Of a stretch of DNA of 64,000 nucleotides, positions 26,897 through 39,984 are shown in pieces. Every line of letters starts with the position of its first letter. Positions within the stretch are counted from its first letter, which is position 1. The stretch spans positions 97,650,001 to 97,714,000 of the forward strand of contig OZ024742.1 of assembly GCA_964016885.1 (NCBI GenBank). The letters are read 5' to 3'. Both the position numbers and the translations under genes were made by a program. The DNA comes from Eledone cirrhosa. Lineage: Eukaryota. A model generated the notes under the pieces. That model had not been told where the DNA came from. It ran no database searches and was given only the letters and a program-made list of their open reading frames with translations.

Positions 26897-29804
26897 AGAA
26901 TCCTGGAATTCTGTGATGCAAATAACCTAACTATCTGTAACACTAACTTCAAAAAACGAGACAATCACTTGATCACCTACAGATCAGGGGAACATACCAG
27001 CCAAGTAGATTATATCCTTACCAGAAGACGTGACAGAGTGTCTGTTGTAAACACTAAATCCCTCCCCCATGAAGAATGCACCTCCCAACATAGACTGATA
27101 ATTAGCGACCTCATAGTCAGGACGAGACGTACTAGACAGCAGAAGAGGACTATCCTCAGGAGAAAAATATGGAAGCTAAAGGACCCCACAGCCAGAAATA
27201 AATTTAAAAGCATATTACTTGATGCTTTCGACAGTAAGGAAGAGCAATTAGAGTCGTACAATATAGAGGAACAGTGGGAATTCCTGAAAGCAAACCTGCT
27301 GATGGCGGCGGACGAAGTCTGTGGCTGGAGCAGGCCTGTAGGCAGGAGGAGAGTAACATGGTGGTGGAACAATAAGGTGGAGGAGTCAATTAAGGCCAAA
27401 AAGCAGGCATGGAAAGTATGGCGGGATGGGGGAAGTAGAGAAGACTATCAAGTGGCCAGGAGGGAAACTAGGAGACAAGTGTACTTCGCAAGAAGGGAAG
27501 CAGAGGAAAGAAAGTTCAAGCATGTTCTACAACGCGAGGACCAAAAACGTGAGGTGTTCAGGATTGCTAGGCAATGTGTCAAGGAAAACCGTGATATTGT
27601 CGGGGAGAAGTGTGTACTTAATGATGATGGCGTACTTGCCATCACTGACGCTGATAAGAAGGTAGCTTGGAATTGTCACTACGAAAGGCTACTAAATGGG
27701 GAGAATAAATGGGAGAAAGACAATCTCCCCCACATCGACCCAATAGAGGGTTCAGCAGTGTTAGTCGAAGGTAGTATAATAAGTAAGGCAATGAAAGATA
27801 TGAAGACAGGTAAGGCGGCTGGGCCTTCGGAAATAGTTGCTGAGATGCTGAAAGCCTCTGGAACGGTGGGACACACCATGGTCACTCTGATAGTAAACCA
27901 AGTCATACAGAATGGGGTTGTTCCGAAGGACTGGCGTAGCAGCATCATCATTAACTGCTACAAGAGTAAAGGAGACGCCCTAGATAGGAGTAACTATAGA
28001 GGCATTAAATTAATCGACCAGGTCATGAAGGTCACGAAAAAAGTAATAGCGCAACTAATCAGAGAGAGAATTGATCTAGATGAAATGCAGTTCAGGTTTG
28101 TGTCAGGCAAAAGTACCACATACGCTCTTTTCATTGTACGACAACTACAGGAGAAGTACCTAGCTAAAAGTAAACCCCTATACTTAGCTTTTGTCGACTT
28201 AGAGAAAGCCTTCGACAGAGTCCCCCGTTCCATTATCTGGTGGGCTCTTAGAAAACTAGGTGTTGATGAATGGCTTGTGAGAGCTATACAAGCCATGTAT
28301 AAAGAAACAGTCAGCAAGGTTAAAATTAACAAGGAATATAGTGAAGAGTTTAGCGTAAAAGTTGGTGTTCATCAGGGCTCGGTTCTTAGCCCCGTACTAT
28401 TTATTATTGCCCTTCAGGCTATAACGGTGGAGTTCAAGACCGGCTGCCCATGGGAACTCCTATACGCAGATGATCTAACGCTCATAGCTGAATCAATGGC
28501 CGAGCTAGAGAAGAAATTCCAAACATGGAAGCACGGCCTAGAATCAAAAGGCCTTAAAATTAACCTGGCTAAGACTAAAGTTCTAGTTTGTAGGAAAGAA
28601 AATAAAGCGCCGGTCCCTTCCGGGAAATGGCCATGCTCAGTGTGTAGGAAAGGCGTAGGTAGAAACTCCATTTTATGTCCTAAATGCAAAGTATGGGTGC
28701 ATAAACGATGTAGTGGGATCACAGGTAAGCTAACTAAGAACATAGATTTTACATGTGACCGGTGCTCTGGTGCAATAAGTAGCAGCAAGTGCCCACGAAA
28801 TACTAGTTCTCTCAATTGCGCAGAGGGTTCTATAGAAATAGTGGACAGCTTCCGTTACCTGGGTGACAAAATCAGCAATGGGGGAGGGTGCTCTGAAAGT
28901 ACAGTAGCTAGAGTCAGAACTGGATGGAAAAAGTTCAGAGAGCTTATACCACTATTAGCCGCTAAAGGGTTCTCCCTAAAAATGAAAGGCAGGCTGTATG
29001 ATGCCTGCATACGAACAGCAATGTTGCATGGCAGTGAGACCTGGGCATTGTGTGCAGAGGATATACGCAGACTAGAGAGGAACGAAGCTTGCATGCTCCG
29101 CTGGATGTGTAATAGTAATATACGTGAACGGCAAAGCATAAACGAACTAAGGGAAAAATTAGAAATAAGAGGGATCAGATGTTGTTTACTCGAGAGAAGG
29201 CAACGTTGGTATGGTCACGTGATGCGCATGAAAGACGACAGCTGTATAAAAAAGTGCAGGGCAATAAAGATAGACGGTAGCCACGGAGTAGGCAGACCCA
29301 GAAAAACTTGGGACGACCTGATAAATTTCGACCTCACACACTTACATCCCTCCAAGACAATGTCGCTGGACCGAGATCTTTGGCGGTACTCAGTAATAGA
29401 GAAGACCCGCCTTACCTAAATACAAAGTAAAACCTACTACAGTCAGTAGGCATCTCTAACAAAATACACCCCCGTCCCACCACCCCACCCCATCCACGCC
29501 GCCCCTTTCAATGTAAAGTTATGTTGGTGCCACAACATCCAGGCCGAAACAAATGAGATCGTGTAGGTGTCACGACAAAAAAACACAGTCCACGCTGTAA
29601 TGTGGCTGTGTAGGCAACACGGTAAAAACCTCCCAGTCCCACACTGTAAATGTGGTTGGTGTTAGGAAGGGCATCCAGCTGTAGAAAACCCGCCAGACAG
29701 TCCTATGCGAGCAAGACAACCACTCTTGCCTCAAGTGGGAAAATTCCCGTCCAAACCCATGCAAGCGTGGAACATGGACGTTAAACGATGATGATGATGA
29801 TGAT
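26895..29804 (+). mobile_element. RTE-clade LINE, 5'-truncated within APE, intact RT, 3' UTR and (GAT)n tail
   Basis: Uninterrupted ORF; both ends abut (TA)n. Confidence 0.95.
26897..29419 (+). CDS. RTE ORF (APE C-terminal part, RT, PHD finger, C-terminal domain)
   Basis: RILEFCDANNL...SQVDYIL...SQHRLII; NYRGIKL, FVDLEKAFDRV, GVHQGSVLSP, LYADDL; C4HC3 finger at 28634-28765. Confidence 0.95.
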   Translation, partial: RILEFCDANNLTICNTNFKKRDNHLITYRSGEHTSQVDYILTRRRDRVSVVNTKSLPHEECTSQHRLIISDLIVRTRRTRQQKRTILRRKIWKLKDPTARNKFKSILLDAFDSKEEQLESYNIEEQWEFLKANLLMAADEVCGWSRPVGRRRVTWWWNNKVEESIKAKKQAWKVWRDGGSREDYQVARRETRRQVYFARREAEERKFKHVLQREDQKREVFRIARQCVKENRDIVGEKCVLNDDGVLAITDADKKVAWNCHYERLLNGENKWEKDNLPHIDPIEGSAVLVEGSIISKAMKDMKTGKAAGPSEIVAEMLKASGTVGHTMVTLIVNQVIQNGVVPKDWRSSIIINCYKSKGDALDRSNYRGIKLIDQVMKVTKKVIAQLIRERIDLDEMQFRFVSGKSTTYALFIVRQLQEKYLAKSKPLYLAFVDLEKAFDRVPRSIIWWALRKLGVDEWLVRAIQAMYKETVSKVKINKEYSEEFSVKVGVHQGSVLSPVLFIIALQAITVEFKTGCPWELLYADDLTLIAESMAELEKKFQTWKHGLESKGLKINLAKTKVLVCRKENKAPVPSGKWPCSVCRKGVGRNSILCPKCKVWVHKRCSGITGKLTKNIDFTCDRCSGAISSSKCPRNTSSLNCAEGSIEIVDSFRYLGDKISNGGGCSESTVARVRTGWKKFRELIPLLAAKGFSLKMKGRLYDACIRTAMLHGSETWALCAEDIRRLERNEACMLRWMCNSNIRERQSINELREKLEIRGIRCCLLERRQRWYGHVMRMKDDSCIKKCRAIKIDGSHGVGRPRKTWDDLINFDLTHLHPSKTMSLDRDLWRYSVIEKTRLT

Positions 29805-29860
29805 ATATATATATATTAAATTCAAATATTAACAAAATAGATGTTCTTGTGATCAATTAA

Positions 29861-29926
29861 ATTTTATTATGCATATTTCAGAGGTACTTGAATCAAGTTC
29901 AACAGTACGTGCTCATCAGATAAAAT
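29861..29926 (-). ncRNA. Type I hammerhead ribozyme motif
   Basis: ATTTTAT-CTGATGA-GCACGTACTGTTGAACTTGATTCAAGTACCTCT-GAAATATGCATA-ATAAAAT. Confidence 0.7.
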
Positions 29927-30749
29927 AAATGATACATGACATACCCTGACATGTTAGATGTTTAAGATTTAATCAAGGTAGTGATTAACTTATGAGAAAA
30001 CTCAAATGAGAACATGCAAAAACGTAATAGAATCAATAGAGAGGGTGTGAGTAAGAAAAACGTTGCTTTAATGTAACAGTTATAGAGTTTTTCAAGTTTG
30101 AAATACTATTGTAGGACTATAGAGGAAGGCTATAGATATCTGGAGTTATAATTTGTTTAGCTTTTAGTTTGAGAATGCAACTGATAGAGAATTAAAGAGA
30201 GAGAGATAAAGGGGAGTAATATATGCACAAATATTCTTCAGACACATATAAACATATATAGCCTTGGCAGTTAAATTTCAAAATATTTAATTTAATTTAT
30301 GTTATTTTAGGGTAACGAATCAAAATTTTAGCTTTTAAAAGTTGATGGTTATTTGTGTTATAAATTTTATAAATTTTATAAATGTATTAAATTTCTAAAA
30401 TTCAAAGTTTTATGAAAAGAAAATTAAAGAATTTACTAAGCCCGCGAAAGAAAAATATTCACTGTTCAATATTCACGCAAAGTTAATCTTTAACAATATT
30501 ACTTGTAACAGTGTCAACATTTTCCGTAGGTATTGTTTATGAAGTATTTACAGTTATAATTATCAAGGAATTTATTGTTAAATAGTTATAGTGTCTAAAG
30601 TATAACAATTAAACCAGAGTTTTCAGCTGTAAATATATATATATATATGTGTGCATTGATCGTAATAAGAGGACTTAAATTATTATTTTTTATTATTTGT
30701 TCATATATTATATTAGATCACTACATTAGTTCAGCCTTCTAGGGAAGAA

Positions 30750-30958
30750 CCGAACTCTAATTATGATTATGTTAATATACAATATATATATATTTGCACA
30801 AGCTATATATAGAGTTATACCGAACTAAGAATTATGATTGTGTTATTATACATTATAAACATATTTGCACAAAACTATATACAGAGATATACCGAACTAT
30901 GATTATGTTATTATACAATATAAACATATTTGCACCAACTACCTATAGAGAGATAAAC
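30750..30958. repeat. Three tandem units of about 70 bp in the PLE2 3' UTR
   Basis: CGAACT...ATGATT.TGTT...ATATTTGCAC...AGAG.TA recurs three times. Confidence 0.8.
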
Positions 30959-31349
30959 TAAGTATTAATGAGACGGTATACATTTAGTAAAAGATAACAA
31001 TTATAATCTTAGATAATAGATTCATACATGCATAACTATAAAATACATAGATATATATAAAAATGTAAACGATAATTTAAAAAAAGGTCCGTAAAAATTT
31101 ACAGGTTAGATATCAAAACTATATTTAAAACAGAGATAGAAAAATAAAGGTCTGGATCAAAGTTAATAATATCCAAAAAGCCATAGGTTATGTATATCAA
31201 CCTGCCAACATGTTCTTAAACAAGTGTCATTCATTCAAACGTTATTTCATTATAAATTATTAGAAGATAAAGCATTATTAAAGTTGTATAAGCCATTATG
31301 AGTTATATTTTCAACAATTGATGATGTATGTCTAAAAGCCAGGCTTGGT

Positions 31350-33248
31350 TGCTTACTGTTTTTTCCTGACCTTATGCGAGGCTTGGAATGTAGATAAAGC
31401 TTTATGAAGGCAGTTTGAGAATAATTCACTTTTTTTGTTAATTAAGTTTTCATAATTATTAATTATCAATAGGGTCTCCATTGTACAGAGAGCGCAGTTA
31501 CTTGATATACTTGAGTTGCGATAAACTCCACTATTACAAAGTTTCGTCCAAAAGATAGAGTATTTTAAATTTTTGTCTTTTAATGACCATATAAGCTGTG
31601 ATAAAGAAGTCGATTATTTCCTATTAGAAATCGAAAATGAGCATTTATGATTCGCAAATCTAGCCTTAAATGTAGAAGAAGTCCATCCTATATAGTTGTA
31701 TGTGTTGTAATCAGTTTTTACGATGCATTTATACACCAAATTAGTGTCCAAACAATTATTTTGCAGAGGGCAATCTGGTTTATTTCTACAATTACATTTT
31801 TATTTGTTATTATTTATGTTAACACTATTATTAAAATCATTATGCTGATTCTGCTTTAGAATTTTACTGTTTATTTTAGCAATGTTTTGGGCCATATTCA
31901 TAGTTGTAGAATAAGATAATTTAATAGTGTGTCTATTAAAAATGGAATGGTATTTATGTTGACTAGGGAAAGAGCTGTCCAAAGCTTTAAAGAATATGTT
32001 TGTTATTGGTGTTCTTACTGCTACGGAAGCAGGGGGCAAACCATATAACTGATTTAGTTCTGGTTCTTTTCCTCGATTTGTTCACCGTATAGGTGTTTGA
32101 ATTATAATTATTAGAATTTCGATTATATATGCCGTTATTTTTATCAGGATTAAAACTTGGATTATTATTATCTACATATTCTATATTATTCTCATAACCT
32201 GCTCTTTTTAGCGCTTCATTGTAATATCCTGCATTTTCATCAAATATTGCTTTATTGGCAGATATTCTATTAATGCGTTTTTGCACACTATTTACAATTG
32301 CTTTTTTTTACTGACTTAGGGTGATTGGAATAATAACTAACATAATTTGAGTTTTCATTGGGCTTATGAAAAGGGCAATAGGAGCCAGAGTTTAAGTTAA
32401 ACGTAACATCAAGAAAATTAACTATTTTGGTACCACTTTCTACTTCTAACTTAAGGTCATACATTTTAAAGAATTCTATTATACTTTTCTTTACTCTATT
32501 TAGTTCAATATTGTTGTGTTTGACCACCGTAAATAAAATATCGTCCCTATATAAACCACCGGTAATCTCCGGCAGTTTTCTATTTATCATATTTAATATG
32601 AAAATCCCAGATCTGTGATTTGCACTGAATCAGATGCCCCCATAGTGATATCAAAGTTTCTATTTCTATCTGAGCGGGTCCAATATTTGTTGTTGAAGTT
32701 AATAAGAGTTCTTCTAGCTGTTAGTATATCAATTTGATCCGTGGTTAGATCAGTATGCTTATAAGCGTATGATAGAGCCTTATTTAGTAGGTTGGGCGTT
32801 ATGGAAGAATAGTAGTTTGTTATGTCCATCTGGATGAATGTATGGTTTTTCTTATCATCTATATTCTTATGCCATTCTATGACTTCGTTCGTATCTTTCC
32901 ACAAGTTCAATTTAGATCTCAATTTAAGAGCAGGTAGAATTCTATCGATAATGTTTTACTGATTACTCTAATATCCGATTTGGATGGAGCAATCAGTCTA
33001 ACTGGCAGGTCTTCCTCGAAGTTTCTTTCGTGATCTTTTAAGTTAATCCGCGGCTGCCTAGGTATAAGTGGCTCAGTTCTTCTTTCTATTCCTAAATTGG
33101 TAATTAATTTATATGCATCCTCATTAATTTCCGTAAGATCTTCAGCCGGGGCTTTTTTATAATTTTTCCTAAGTTCCTTTAAAATCAAGTTATTATATTC
33201 TTCTTTGTTTATCCCATATAAATTATTTGTTTTGTCCGATTTAACCAA
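31350..33248 (-). pseudogene. Frameshifted PLE RT+GIY-YIG
   Basis: VKSDKTNN, PVRLIAPSKSDI, QMDITNYYSSI, MGASDS, LYRDD, SNHP, CNCRNKPDCPLQNNC..LVYKC..YIGWTS. Confidence 0.9.
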
Positions 33249-33529
33249 TATCTATCAGTTGCATTCTCAAACTAAAAACTAAAAAAATTATAACTCCAGA
33301 TATCTATAGTCTTCCTCTATAGTCCTACAGTAGTATTTCAAACTTTAAAAACTCTATAACTGTTACATTAAAGCAATGTTTTTCTTACTCACACCCTCTC
33401 TATTGATTCTATTACGTTTTTGCATGTTCTCATTTGTAGGGTATAAATATTGAGTTTTCTCATAAGTTAATCACTACCTTGATTACATCCTAACCATCTA
33501 ACATGTCAGAGAATGTCATGTATCATTTT

Positions 33530-33595
33530 ATGTTATCTGATGAGGACGTATTGTTGAACTTGATTCAAGTACCTCTGAAATATGTATAATACAAT
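33530..33595 (+). ncRNA. HHR motif in the inverted pLTR of PLE2 (stem I degenerate)
   Basis: TGTTAT-CTGATGA-GGACGTATTG...GTACCTCT-GAAATATGTATA-ATACA. Confidence 0.6.
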
Positions 33596-33751
33596 TTAAT
33601 TGATCACAAGAACATCTATTTTGTTAATATATGAAATTAATATTAATAACTCTGAAAAATATCTTCTGTAGAGTGCTTTCAATCTACTGTAAAACTCATT
33701 GATGTACTCATTGAATCTTGTTTAACTCTTTAAAATATATATATATATATA

Positions 33752-33830
33752 TATTGTTATACTTTGGGAGGGTCATGTTGCCAATAAGAAACACACGCAC
33801 CAGTTGCTTTCTAAACAAATTCAGAAACGA
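33752..33830 (-). mobile_element. 80-bp minimal PLE remnant of the 59-60 kb family
   Basis: 33752-33811 matches 59090-59149. 33811-33830 is the reverse complement of 59035-59054. Confidence 0.8.
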
Positions 33831-33831
33831 A

Positions 33832-33904
<73 letters not shown>

Positions 33905-34282
33905 TATATTATATTAATACATTTATATACATGTGAATATAAATATGCATAGAGAGAGAGAATAAAGGACAAACACGGACAGAGATATGAACTCTCCTCT
34001 CTAAATATGTATGTAAAACTATTTTTCTTCCCCATTTTTATTATTTGTATAAATATGCAACATAACTACATTATGCATATCCACAGTTGAAAAAGCATAT
34101 AATGCTGAAACTGGTACCATTATTAAATGCGGAAATTGCTGGGAATTGCTGGCCTTGTGCCTAAAGTAGAAACAATTATTAAATGCGGAAATATCCACTT
34201 TATAAATAGATGTTTTGATATTATCCTGAAAGAATCTTTTCAGCATTTTCTACTGAAAAACTCTTTTTCATTTCTACTATTT

Positions 34283-34284
<2 letters not shown>

Positions 34285-34318
<34 letters not shown>

Positions 34319-34385
34319 TATATATATATATATATATACATTATATATATATATATATATACATTATATATATATATATATATAC

Positions 34386-34422
<37 letters not shown>

Positions 34423-34489
34423 TATATATATATATATATATACATTATATATATATATATATATACATTATATATATATATATATATAC

Positions 34490-34526
<37 letters not shown>

Positions 34527-34568
34527 TATATATATATATATATATACATTATATATATATATATACAT

Positions 34569-34599
<31 letters not shown>

Positions 34600-34685
34600 T
34601 ATATATATATATATATATATACATTATATATATATATATACATTATATATATATATATATATATACATTATATATATATATATAC

Positions 34686-34763
<78 letters not shown>

Positions 34764-34811
34764 TATATATATATATATATATACATTATATATATATATA
34801 TATATATATAC

Positions 34812-34846
<35 letters not shown>

Positions 34847-35000
34847 TATATATATATATATACATTATATATATATATATATATATATATACATTATATA
34901 TATATATATATATATATATACATTATATATATATATATATATATATATACATTATATATATATATATATATATGTATACATTATATATATATATATATAC

Positions 35001-35037
<37 letters not shown>

Positions 35038-35116
35038 TATATATATATATATATATATACATTATATATATATATATATATATACATTATATATATATAT
35101 ATATACATATATACAT

Positions 35117-35148
<32 letters not shown>

Positions 35149-35182
35149 TACATTATATATATATATATATACATATATACAT

Positions 35183-35214
<32 letters not shown>

Positions 35215-35442
35215 TACATTATATATATATATATATACATATATACATTATATATATATATATATACATATATACATTATATATATATATATATACATAT
35301 ATACATTATATATATATATATATACATATATACATTATATATATATATATATATATATACATTATATATATATATATATATATATACATTATATATATAT
35401 AGAGACATTATATATATATATATACATTATATATATATACAT

Positions 35443-35478
<36 letters not shown>

Positions 35479-35529
35479 CATTATATATATATATATATAC
35501 ATTATATATATATATATATACATTATATA
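34285..35529. repeat. [CAT(TA)n] compound microsatellite
   Basis: Unit ...TACATTATATATA...; the same unit resumes at 36826-36980. Confidence 0.95.
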
Positions 35530-36825
35530 TTCCAAACATGGAAGCACGGCCTAGAATCAAAAGGCCTTAAAATTAACCTGGCTAAGACTAAAGTTCTAGT
35601 TTGTAAGAAAGAAAATAAGGCGCCGGTCCCCTCCGGGAAGTGGCCATGCTCAGTGTGTAGGAAAGGCGTAGGTAGAAACTCCATTTTGTGTCCCAAATGC
35701 AAAGTATGGGTGCATAAAAGATGTAGTGGGATCACAGGTAAGCTAACTAAGAACATAGATTTTACATGTGGCCGGTGTTCTGGGTCAATAAGTAGCAGCA
35801 AGTGCCCCCAAAATACTAGCTCTTTCAACTGCGCAGAGGGTTCTATAGAAATAGTGGACAGCTTCCGTTACCTGGGTGACAAAATCAGCAGTGGGGGAGG
35901 GTGCTCTGAAAGTACAGTAGCTAGAGTCAGAACTGGGTGGAAAAAGTTCAGAGAGCTTATACCACTATTAGCCGCTAAAGGGTTCTCCCTAAAAATGAAA
36001 GGCAGGTTGTACGATGCCTGCATACGAACAGCAATGTTGTATGGCAGTGAGACCTGGGCATTGTGTGCAGAGGATATGCGCAGACTAGAGAGAAATGAAG
36101 CTTGCATGCTCCGCTGGATGTGTAATAGTAATATACGTGAACGGCAAAGCATAAACGAACTAAGGAAAAATTAGAAATAAGAGGGATCAGATGTTGTTTA
36201 CTCGAGAGAAGGCTACGTTGGTATGGTCATGTGATGCGCATGAAGGACGATAGCTGTATAACAAAGTGCAGGGCAATAAAGATAGACGGTAGCCACGGAA
36301 TAGGCAGACCCAGAAAAATCTGGGACGAGCTGATAAATTCCTACCTCACACACTTACACCTCACGAAGACAATGTCACTGGACCGAGACCTTTGGCGGTA
36401 CTCAGTAATAGAGAAGACCCGCCTTACCTAAATACAAAGTAAAACCTACTACAGTCAGTAGGCATCTCTAACAAAATACACCCCCGTCCCACCACCCACA
36501 CCCCATCCACACCGCCCCTTTCAATGTAAAGTTATGTTGGTGCCACAATATCCAGGCCGAAACAAATGAGATCGTGTAGGTGTCATGTCAAAAAAACACA
36601 CAGTTCACACTGTAATGTGGCCGTGTAGGCAACACGGTAAAAACCTCCCAGCCCCACACTGTAAATGTGGTTGGTGTTAGGAAGGGCATCCAGCTGTAGA
36701 AAACCCGCCAGATAGTCCTATGCGAGCAAGATAACCACTCTTGCCTCAAGTGGGAAAACCCTCCGTCCAAACCCATGCAAGCATGGAACACGGACGTTAA
36801 ACGATGATGATGATGATGATGATGA
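35530..36825 (+). mobile_element. 5'-truncated RTE copy, same family as 26895-29804
   Basis: Closely similar to 28517-29804; one frameshift near 36170; (GAT)n tail. Confidence 0.93.
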
Positions 36826-36847
36826 TTATATATATATATATATATAC

Positions 36848-36882
<35 letters not shown>

Positions 36883-36907
36883 TATATATATATATATATA
36901 TATATAC

Positions 36908-36944
<37 letters not shown>

Positions 36945-36999
36945 TATATATATATATATATATATACATTATATATATATTAAATATATATAATAAGGG

Positions 37000-37220
37000 A
37001 AGATTGTATGATGCATGAATATAAACAGCAGTTTGTAATGATAATATACATGAATGATAAATCATAAATGATCTGAGAAAGGAACTGAGCATAAGAGGGA
37101 TCAGATGCAGTGTGTAGGAGAAGAGATTGCAGTGGTTTGGACATGAGATGCCTATGGAGGATAATAGCTATATAAAAGGTTGCAGAGCACTTGAAATTGA
37201 TGGTAGCTATGCAAGAGGAA
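37000..37220 (+). mobile_element. Highly degenerate RTE C-terminal fragment
   Basis: AGATTGTATGATGCATG...GAGATTGCAGTGGTTTGGACATG resembles RLYDAC...RLRWFGH. Confidence 0.55.
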
Positions 37221-37221
37221 A

Positions 37222-37625
37222 CCCTGTTGATTTTCATTCCAATTTGTTATAAAATTCCAGTAGGTTAATTTAACAACCAGATGGTTGTTAATTTGTTATT
37301 GTCAAATCGTTTTCGTCACACCTGCTCTGACCTCCTCAGTGTCTAATTTATTATTTTGTGTCACACAAACAAGATGGTGTAGGACAAAAGAAGAGACACA
37401 AAATAACAAATTAGTCACTGAGGAGTTCATAAAATGTGTGATGAAAGAGCTTTAGCAATAAACAAATAAACAACCAACTGGTTATTAAACTAACTAAATT
37501 GAAGTGAAATCCAACAGGGGCATGTGTTTTTATTGGAAACATGACTTTCTCAATGTATAACAATATTTGTTTCAACACACATTTTCAGATAAGAAATCTT
37601 GCGAAACAAATACAAAAACGAAGTA
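37222..37625. mobile_element. Old inverted-pLTR remnant of the 59-60 kb PLE family with two decayed HHR motifs
   Basis: AGTCACTGAGGAG...GAAAG at about 37413-37447 and an inverse copy at about 37300-37345. 37555-37621 resembles the reverse complement of 59035-59100. Confidence 0.7.
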
Positions 37626-38357
37626 TATGTATAGATATATAATAGTGAGAACAAATTTTAAATTTTAAAATTATGAAGATCATGACCCATAACTATATGA
37701 ATGTGCCTGCCTGTCATCAAATCACATAAAAATCTCTCCCACAATAGTTCTAGATATGAAAACAAGATATACTATATTGCCTCATTTCAATACAGCCATG
37801 ATGTCTAACTTTTATGAAAGAACTGATCAAGGAGAAATAAACACTGAAAAACTTCGTTCAAATTCATGTCTGACATTAGAAATATGCCAGGGTTTGGAAT
37901 TATGGTGTGAGTTATGGACATCATTTTTCCTTGTCTGAAGAATATATTTATGTCTACATTGGTTTTGCATCTATGAAGGTGCTCAGATGATATGGTATGC
38001 ATGAGTGACTCAAACAGATTTTAAATATTTGCATATGAATTGTTAGAAATGGAAATGAGGACGTGTGGGTCTGTGTAAGTGTTTGTTTGATATATATATA
38101 ATAGACACAAACATATACACGAAATAATATATATACATGCGCCTATATATAAATAAACATACATGTAAATGTGCACATACACATATATTTAATCATACAT
38201 ATGCATAACCCTATATATACACATGCAAAAACAAAGATATACATTCACACCTGGACATACATTCATATATATGTATACATACATATATATATATATGTAT
38301 GCATGAATGTATATATATATATGTGTGTGTGTGGTGTGTGTGCATGTATATATATAA

Positions 38358-38649
38358 AGATAAAGATCCAATAACTCCTTTTGGAGTCATAGAGGCACTG
38401 TCATACGGTGGATCTAGGGCACTTTTAGGCCTGGTGGAGCCTATACCTCAGCAGGTCATTACACAGCCGATTTTTTCTATAGAGGAAGAATTGATCCCAG
38501 AACTGGACTGGTCCTTCTTTTGTCGATCTCGAAAGGATTAAAGGCAAAGTTGACACCGGCGGGATTTGAACTCACAGTATGCAATGAAGTGGACAAATAG
38601 CGCAAAGCATTCTATCCGATATCTTAACGACTCTGCCAATTCACCGCCC
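38358..38649 (-). mobile_element. tRNA-derived SINE with Nin/Deu core
   Basis: GGCGGTGAATTGGCAGAGTCG...GAGTTCAAATCCCGCCGGTGTCAACTTTGCCTTTAATCCTTTCGAGATCGAC. Confidence 0.8.
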
Positions 38650-38690
<41 letters not shown>

Positions 38691-38773
38691 CACATATATA
38701 TATATATATATACATATGTGTATATATATATATACATACATATATATATATACATACATATATATATACATAC

Positions 38774-38826
<53 letters not shown>

Positions 38827-38844
38827 TATACATATGTATGTATA

Positions 38845-38876
<32 letters not shown>

Positions 38877-38988
38877 CATATGTATGTATATATATATATA
38901 TACATATGTATGTATATATATGTATATATATAAACATATGTATATATATATATATACATATGTATATATATGTATATATATATATATA

Positions 38989-39904
38989 TGGAAACAGCAG
39001 TTGGAAGCAAGAGGACTGAGAGTAAATCTAGCTAAGACAAAAGTGTTGATGAGTAGAAAAGAGGACAAAACCCTGATTCCGTCAGGGAAATGGCCATGTT
39101 CGATATGCAGAAAAGGAACTGGCATAAATTCTATAAAATGCACACAATGTAGGTCCTGGGTACAGAAGAGATGTAGCGGGATAGCAGGCAAACTAACAGG
39201 TAGGGAGAAATATGTATGCAGTAGATGTACAGGGAAATTAGACAGTAGAAGTCGCACTGATAGACACATTTTTCAAATGCAGGAGGGCGCTATAGAAGTG
39301 GTGGATAGCTTCCGGTACCTAGGAGATCAGATTAGCATGGGAGGAGGGTGTTCCGAGGCCATAGTATCTAGAATAAGGACGGGTTGGAAGAAGTTTAGGG
39401 AGCTGCTTCCTCTGTTGACGAAGAAGGGTTTCTCCCTGCGTACGAAAGGCCGGTTGTATGATGCCTGTGTGAGGAGCGCGATGCTGCATGGTAGTGAGAC
39501 ATGGGCAGCTACTGCAGAAGATATGCGACGGCTGGAGAGAAATGAGGCAAGCATGCTCCGTTGGATGTGCAGTGTAAATGTGCGTGAACGACCCAGCATA
39601 AATGTGTTGAGAGAGAAACTGTGTCTAAGAGGGATAGAATGTAGTGTACGGGAGAGGAGACTGAGGTGGTATTGACATGTGATGCGCATGGAGGATGACC
39701 GATGGGTGAAGAAGTGCCAGAAAATGCCAGTTGAAGGAAGACGTGGTAGAGGTAGACCACGAAAAACATGGGCGGAGGTGGTGAGAGCAGACCTCAGATC
39801 ATTGAAGCTCACGGTGGAGATGACGAGGGACCGTGACGAGTGGAGAGATGCTGTGCTGAATAAGACCCGTCCCACCCTTGCAAGCAGGGAAGAGCGGACG
39901 TAAA

Positions 39905-39935
<31 letters not shown>
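38989..39935 (+). mobile_element. 5'-truncated RTE (distinct family) with PHD finger, premature TGA and very short 3' UTR
   Basis: [18 protein letters not shown]...[10 protein letters not shown]...[10 protein letters not shown]...RLRWY*HVMR...GRPRKTW; (GAT)n tail. Confidence 0.92.
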
Positions 39936-39936
<1 letters not shown>

Positions 39937-39940
39937 ACAC

Positions 39941-39984
<44 letters not shown>

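Larger units (their letters stand above)
29816..33735 (-). mobile_element. Penelope-like element 2 (probably Nematis-like), decayed, 5'-truncated, with inverted pLTR (33250-33735)
   Basis: 29816-30190 is the diverged reverse complement of 33250-33640. RT and GIY-YIG fragments lie between them. Confidence 0.88.

Noticed and set aside
30750-30958. Regularly spaced repeats resembling a CRISPR array (also 19960-20480)
   Set aside because: The whole unit repeats with divergence, there are no unique spacers and no cas genes, and the context is eukaryotic.
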